Of a DNA stretch of 64,000 nucleotides, positions 60,530 to 64,000 are shown in pieces. The translations under genes and the position numbers were made by a program. Under the pieces are notes generated by a model. That model saw only the letters and a program-made list of their open reading frames with translations, was not told where the DNA came from and made no database searches. The stretch's first letter is position 1. The number at the start of each line of letters is the position of its first letter. The stretch comes from Nemertoderma westbladi (taxonomy: Eukaryota; Animalia; Xenacoelomorpha): positions 1 to 64,000 of the forward strand of contig JAUCBJ010007943.1 in assembly GCA_032718475.1 (NCBI GenBank). The letters are read 5' to 3'.

Positions 60530-63500
60530 GTTATTTATTTTCATTCATTCATTTGCACGGCATACGCCCCGGCAGGCTATAATTAAAACGGTCAATAATC
60601 AAAAAAATAAATCAATAAAACAATAAATCAATAAAAGTCAGGTCACTCAAAGACACCATGGTGATAGTTAGCTCTGTGTGTACCTAGTCATGAGTTATTA
60701 TTGTGTGGTTGATTTTTCGATTCCATAAAAATCAAGGATACATTCATGCCTTACGTGGTTTTCTGAGTTGATGTTGTTTAGGATACTATTTAAAAACAGC
60801 GCATTGAAAATGTCCTTATATTTGGCTGTTGGCTTGTTGCGTTCTTTCGCATTCTTTATGGTATGTTTGGTGCTGTAGGATGCCGTTACTAGGCTGGTTA
60901 TGCATGGTAGTCCGTAAATCCACGACGCAGCGTTGTAGTCATCAAATAGGGGGTCTTTATATATATTAAGGCTATGCTGCGCTAGAAGCCAGGCGAAAAG
61001 GTATATTATTTTTGGATTGCGAGAGTTGAAAGCACTGTATATGATCCTACATTTGTTGTATGCCACCAGGGATGATAGGGTTTCTTGTCCTAGGAGAAGG
61101 TACAGGGTATTGTTGGATACGTAATTTTTGACACCTAATATTGATCTCATAGCCTTTCGAAAAAAGACTTCAAAATCGTTGGTGATAGCATCTGTGTAAT
61201 TTGCTGTTCCATATAGGATTGATGGGGTGCAAATGGTTTTCCATATGGTCTTCGTAACTATCAGGGGCACATCAGAAGTTGATAACCCCCGGTTCTTTAA
61301 TCGCGCCACATTCCACCAGCACCTTTTGACGAAGTTGTCTTTTAGGCTGTCCTGAGTTAACGGGAAGGGCAGTCCTAGGTATCGACAACTATTTACGTGT
61401 TCTAGGGTAGTGTGACCAACTTTCAGGGTTTGTTTAGTGGTTGTCTTTGTTGTTGGTGAGCAGATAACATAATGGGATTTTGTTGGGTTCGCTTTTAGGC
61501 CATGTGCAGAGAAGTAGGTAGTACAGACTGTTGTTAACTTCTGTAGATCGCTCTTTAGGTTTACTAGAAGCAGTATGTCATCTGCATACCCAAGTATAGG
61601 GTAGGAGTGCTTGTTGATGTGTATACCTAATCCTAATGATTCTATGTTGACGAATAATTCTTTTAGATAAAAATTAAAGAGCCAGGCAGATAATACCCCC
61701 CCTTGTCTTACGCCTTTGGATAGTTTGATTGATTGTGTGTATAAACGTCGTCCTGTTCTTACATAAGCTGTAGATTTTTTGTAGAGTGATTCGAGTAGTT
61801 GTAACCAGGGTTTATCGATATTTGTTTCCCTAAGCTTACTAAAGAGAGATTTGTGGTTTACGCAGTCGAAGGCCGCAGATAAGTCTATTGAGAGCACGTG
61901 GACGTCTGAGCCACCTGCATTAAAACGCTTAATTAGTTTATTGGCTACCATGTAGGGGATTTCTCCATTGATTCCTTTCTTGTATGCCATTTGGAGATGG
62001 CTAGTTGCCTCTCGAGTGAATTCGCTCAGAACTAGAATTTCCGACAGCTTGACGAAGATTGATGAGATTGAAATTCCTCTGTAATTTGTTGTATCGTTTT
62101 TCTTTCGAGAAGCATTCTTGAGGTGTGGTAGTAAGAGACTCGCACATAGGTTGTCCGGAAAGACTCCACAATGGGTCATGCTGTTGAAAAGGAAAGCAAT
62201 ATATTTACACATAGTATTTGATGATGCATTAATTAGGTGCTCTGTTGTTATATTAGCAAAATCGGACGCCTTTCCCTTATTAAGTGATTCTATTGCAGTC
62301 TTTATGTCTTGGATTGTAAAGAGTTTGGCATTGAAGAGCTCACTAGTTGGACTACTTTCTAGGTTTTCCCCGTCGACTTGAGTTTCGTCGTTGGTGGTTT
62401 GTTGGTGGCTATTTTGATCACTACTGTCTGTCTCAAAGAAATCTTTATAGTGGGTATAGAGTTTATTCGCATTCGCTTCTGTGATGGTAGTATGATTGGT
62501 TTCCTCACGTTTGAGTTTGTTCCAGAATTTGTCTGTGTCGTTTGCACATGTTTAGGCGAGACTCAAAATATGTTCATGGTATGCTCTATGTGCTATTTTG
62601 GCTATTATACGACCCTCTTGTAGTCTCTGAAGGGAGGCGTCTTTCAACGTTAAGTTGTTGTTGGAAGTTCGTTTAATTTTTATCATTTCTAGAGATTTCA
62701 GTGATATAGTAGACCGAGTTGGGAGTGTCTTGCCATTGTTTCCATGGTTCTTCCAGCGTTTCAATTTTTTGGGTATTATGGACGGGATGTGGTGTTTGGC
62801 AGATTGTAGCATTGTATGGTTAATCTTTTTAACCATCTCTTCTGGTAGCAATTTGTTTGTTGAGTACGAAACACCATCATCGTTAAGCAAGATTTTGCTA
62901 AAGCTCAGTAGCTCGTCATTAACAGATTTTCTATAGGCTTCTTTCTGTTCTGTTGTTGCTTCTTTAAATAGAAAGAAGCGAGGTCTAGTATTCCTCCACG
63001 CCGGTTTGTTTTGTAATTTTTGTTTGTGCTCCATTTGAGGAATATTGAAGTTGCAGGAGACAGGTGTATGATCAGAAATGTTATCATCGTTTTGTTGGAA
63101 GATATGGCGTTCTTCTAAACAATTAGTAATGTTTTCTGAGGATATTATATGATCTATTAGAGAGCTTCTTATTGTGATTCCTGTTCTTGATTTGAAAAAA
63201 TAGGTTGCATTTCCGCCTGTTGTTTTGGAGTGTGTGCTTGAAAAGGCTTGTAATTTATAGGGGCGGACAATTTGTGTGTGAAAAATTGTTCCAAAAGTAG
63301 ATCTTTTATTTTCTTCATTATGGTCTTCGTTGTGGGTTATATCACCATTTATGTCTCCGGCTATGATTATTTCATTTCCATTTTGTATTGAATCATCAAT
63401 TATTGATGTAAGCTTTCCGCATTCCTCTAAATAGTTGGTTCGTGAGTAGTTTGATTTATTATCAAAGGGCATATATGTTCCTATGATAGTGATATTGCAG

Positions 63501-64000
63501 TGGAAGTGATCATCAATTGTCATCGCAATCAGTCGGTCAGAGGTAGTGGTAACAGATGAACAGTATGTGCAGATATCATCTTTAATTAGGAAGGCTAGAC
63601 CACCTTCTCCACGTACTCGTTTTTTATTTGACTTCATTCCTTCGGCTACAGAAAAGGTATAACAGGTGTAGCCGGCTGGTAGGTTTTTTTTGTTAAAGTT
63701 GAACTGAGCTTCTCTACAGCTGAGCCAGTGCTCTTGTAGTACTTGTAGTACCAGAATATGTGGGTCTTCATTTTGTAGGAGGGAGTAAATGTACTTTTTA
63801 TTTCTTGTGTAGCCTTGGCAGTTAAATGTTATGATGTTCAAACCTAATGGGTTTGTATGAAAGTTTCTATCACGGTCAGAGTTTACTTTTGCTTCAGTAT
63901 TACATGTGGTTGCCGGAGGTATAAAGATGCTTGCTTTGTTTGTTTTAAAAATACCGATTGTAGTACCTTGTGTGGGACCGTTCTTTCCGATAGTTCCCAG
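60530..64000 (-). mobile_element. Non-LTR retrotransposon (APE endonuclease + RT; RTE/RTEX-like), 5' end beyond the window
   Basis: APE motifs TFNCQG, LQEHW, GGLAFL, IAGDING, IDHI, SDHTPV. RT motifs DLSAAFD, GVRQGGVLS, YADD, YLG. T-rich 3' UTR ending in (TGAA)3 and AAATAA at ~60530-60553. Confidence 0.92.
60698..64000 (-). pseudogene. LINE endonuclease-RT ORF (>1100 codons) with a single in-frame TAA at 62552-62554
   Basis: Hand translation shows ORFs 62552-63841 and 60698-62212 share a frame (...ILSLA*TCANDTDKFWNKLK...KGKASDFANITTEHL...MCKY). The frame stays open up to position 64000. Confidence 0.85.

Overview
AT-rich, intron-rich eukaryotic (animal, probably invertebrate) genomic DNA. Most of the window (292-50313, + strand) is one complete Roundabout (Robo) receptor gene, reconstructed by hand as 23 GT-AG exons with consistent phases. 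It encodes about 1460 aa: signal peptide, 5 Ig, 3 FN3, transmembrane helix, CC0/CC1/CC2 and a TDAEF motif, with no recognisable CC3. The ORF track misses several exons, including the signal-peptide exon that precedes an 18.4-kb first intron. The introns carry a tRNA-Ser(GCT) gene, a 6.2-kb 13-bp satellite, several minisatellites, and non-autonomous DNA transposons (hAT with an 8-bp TSD, a TA-flanked foldback MITE, a Helentron/HINE-like element with 315-bp tandem repeats). Downstream lie a young pol-less LTR element inserted in a 36-bp minisatellite, an intronless EcKinase-like gene, a CR1-type LINE fragment and a nearly intact APE-RT LINE running off the window end. The most intriguing signal is in the LTR element: it has no tRNA primer-binding site, and the sequence at the PBS position is complementary to its own LTR, a Tf1/sushi-type self-priming signature. 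All family assignments come from motif recognition; no searches were run.
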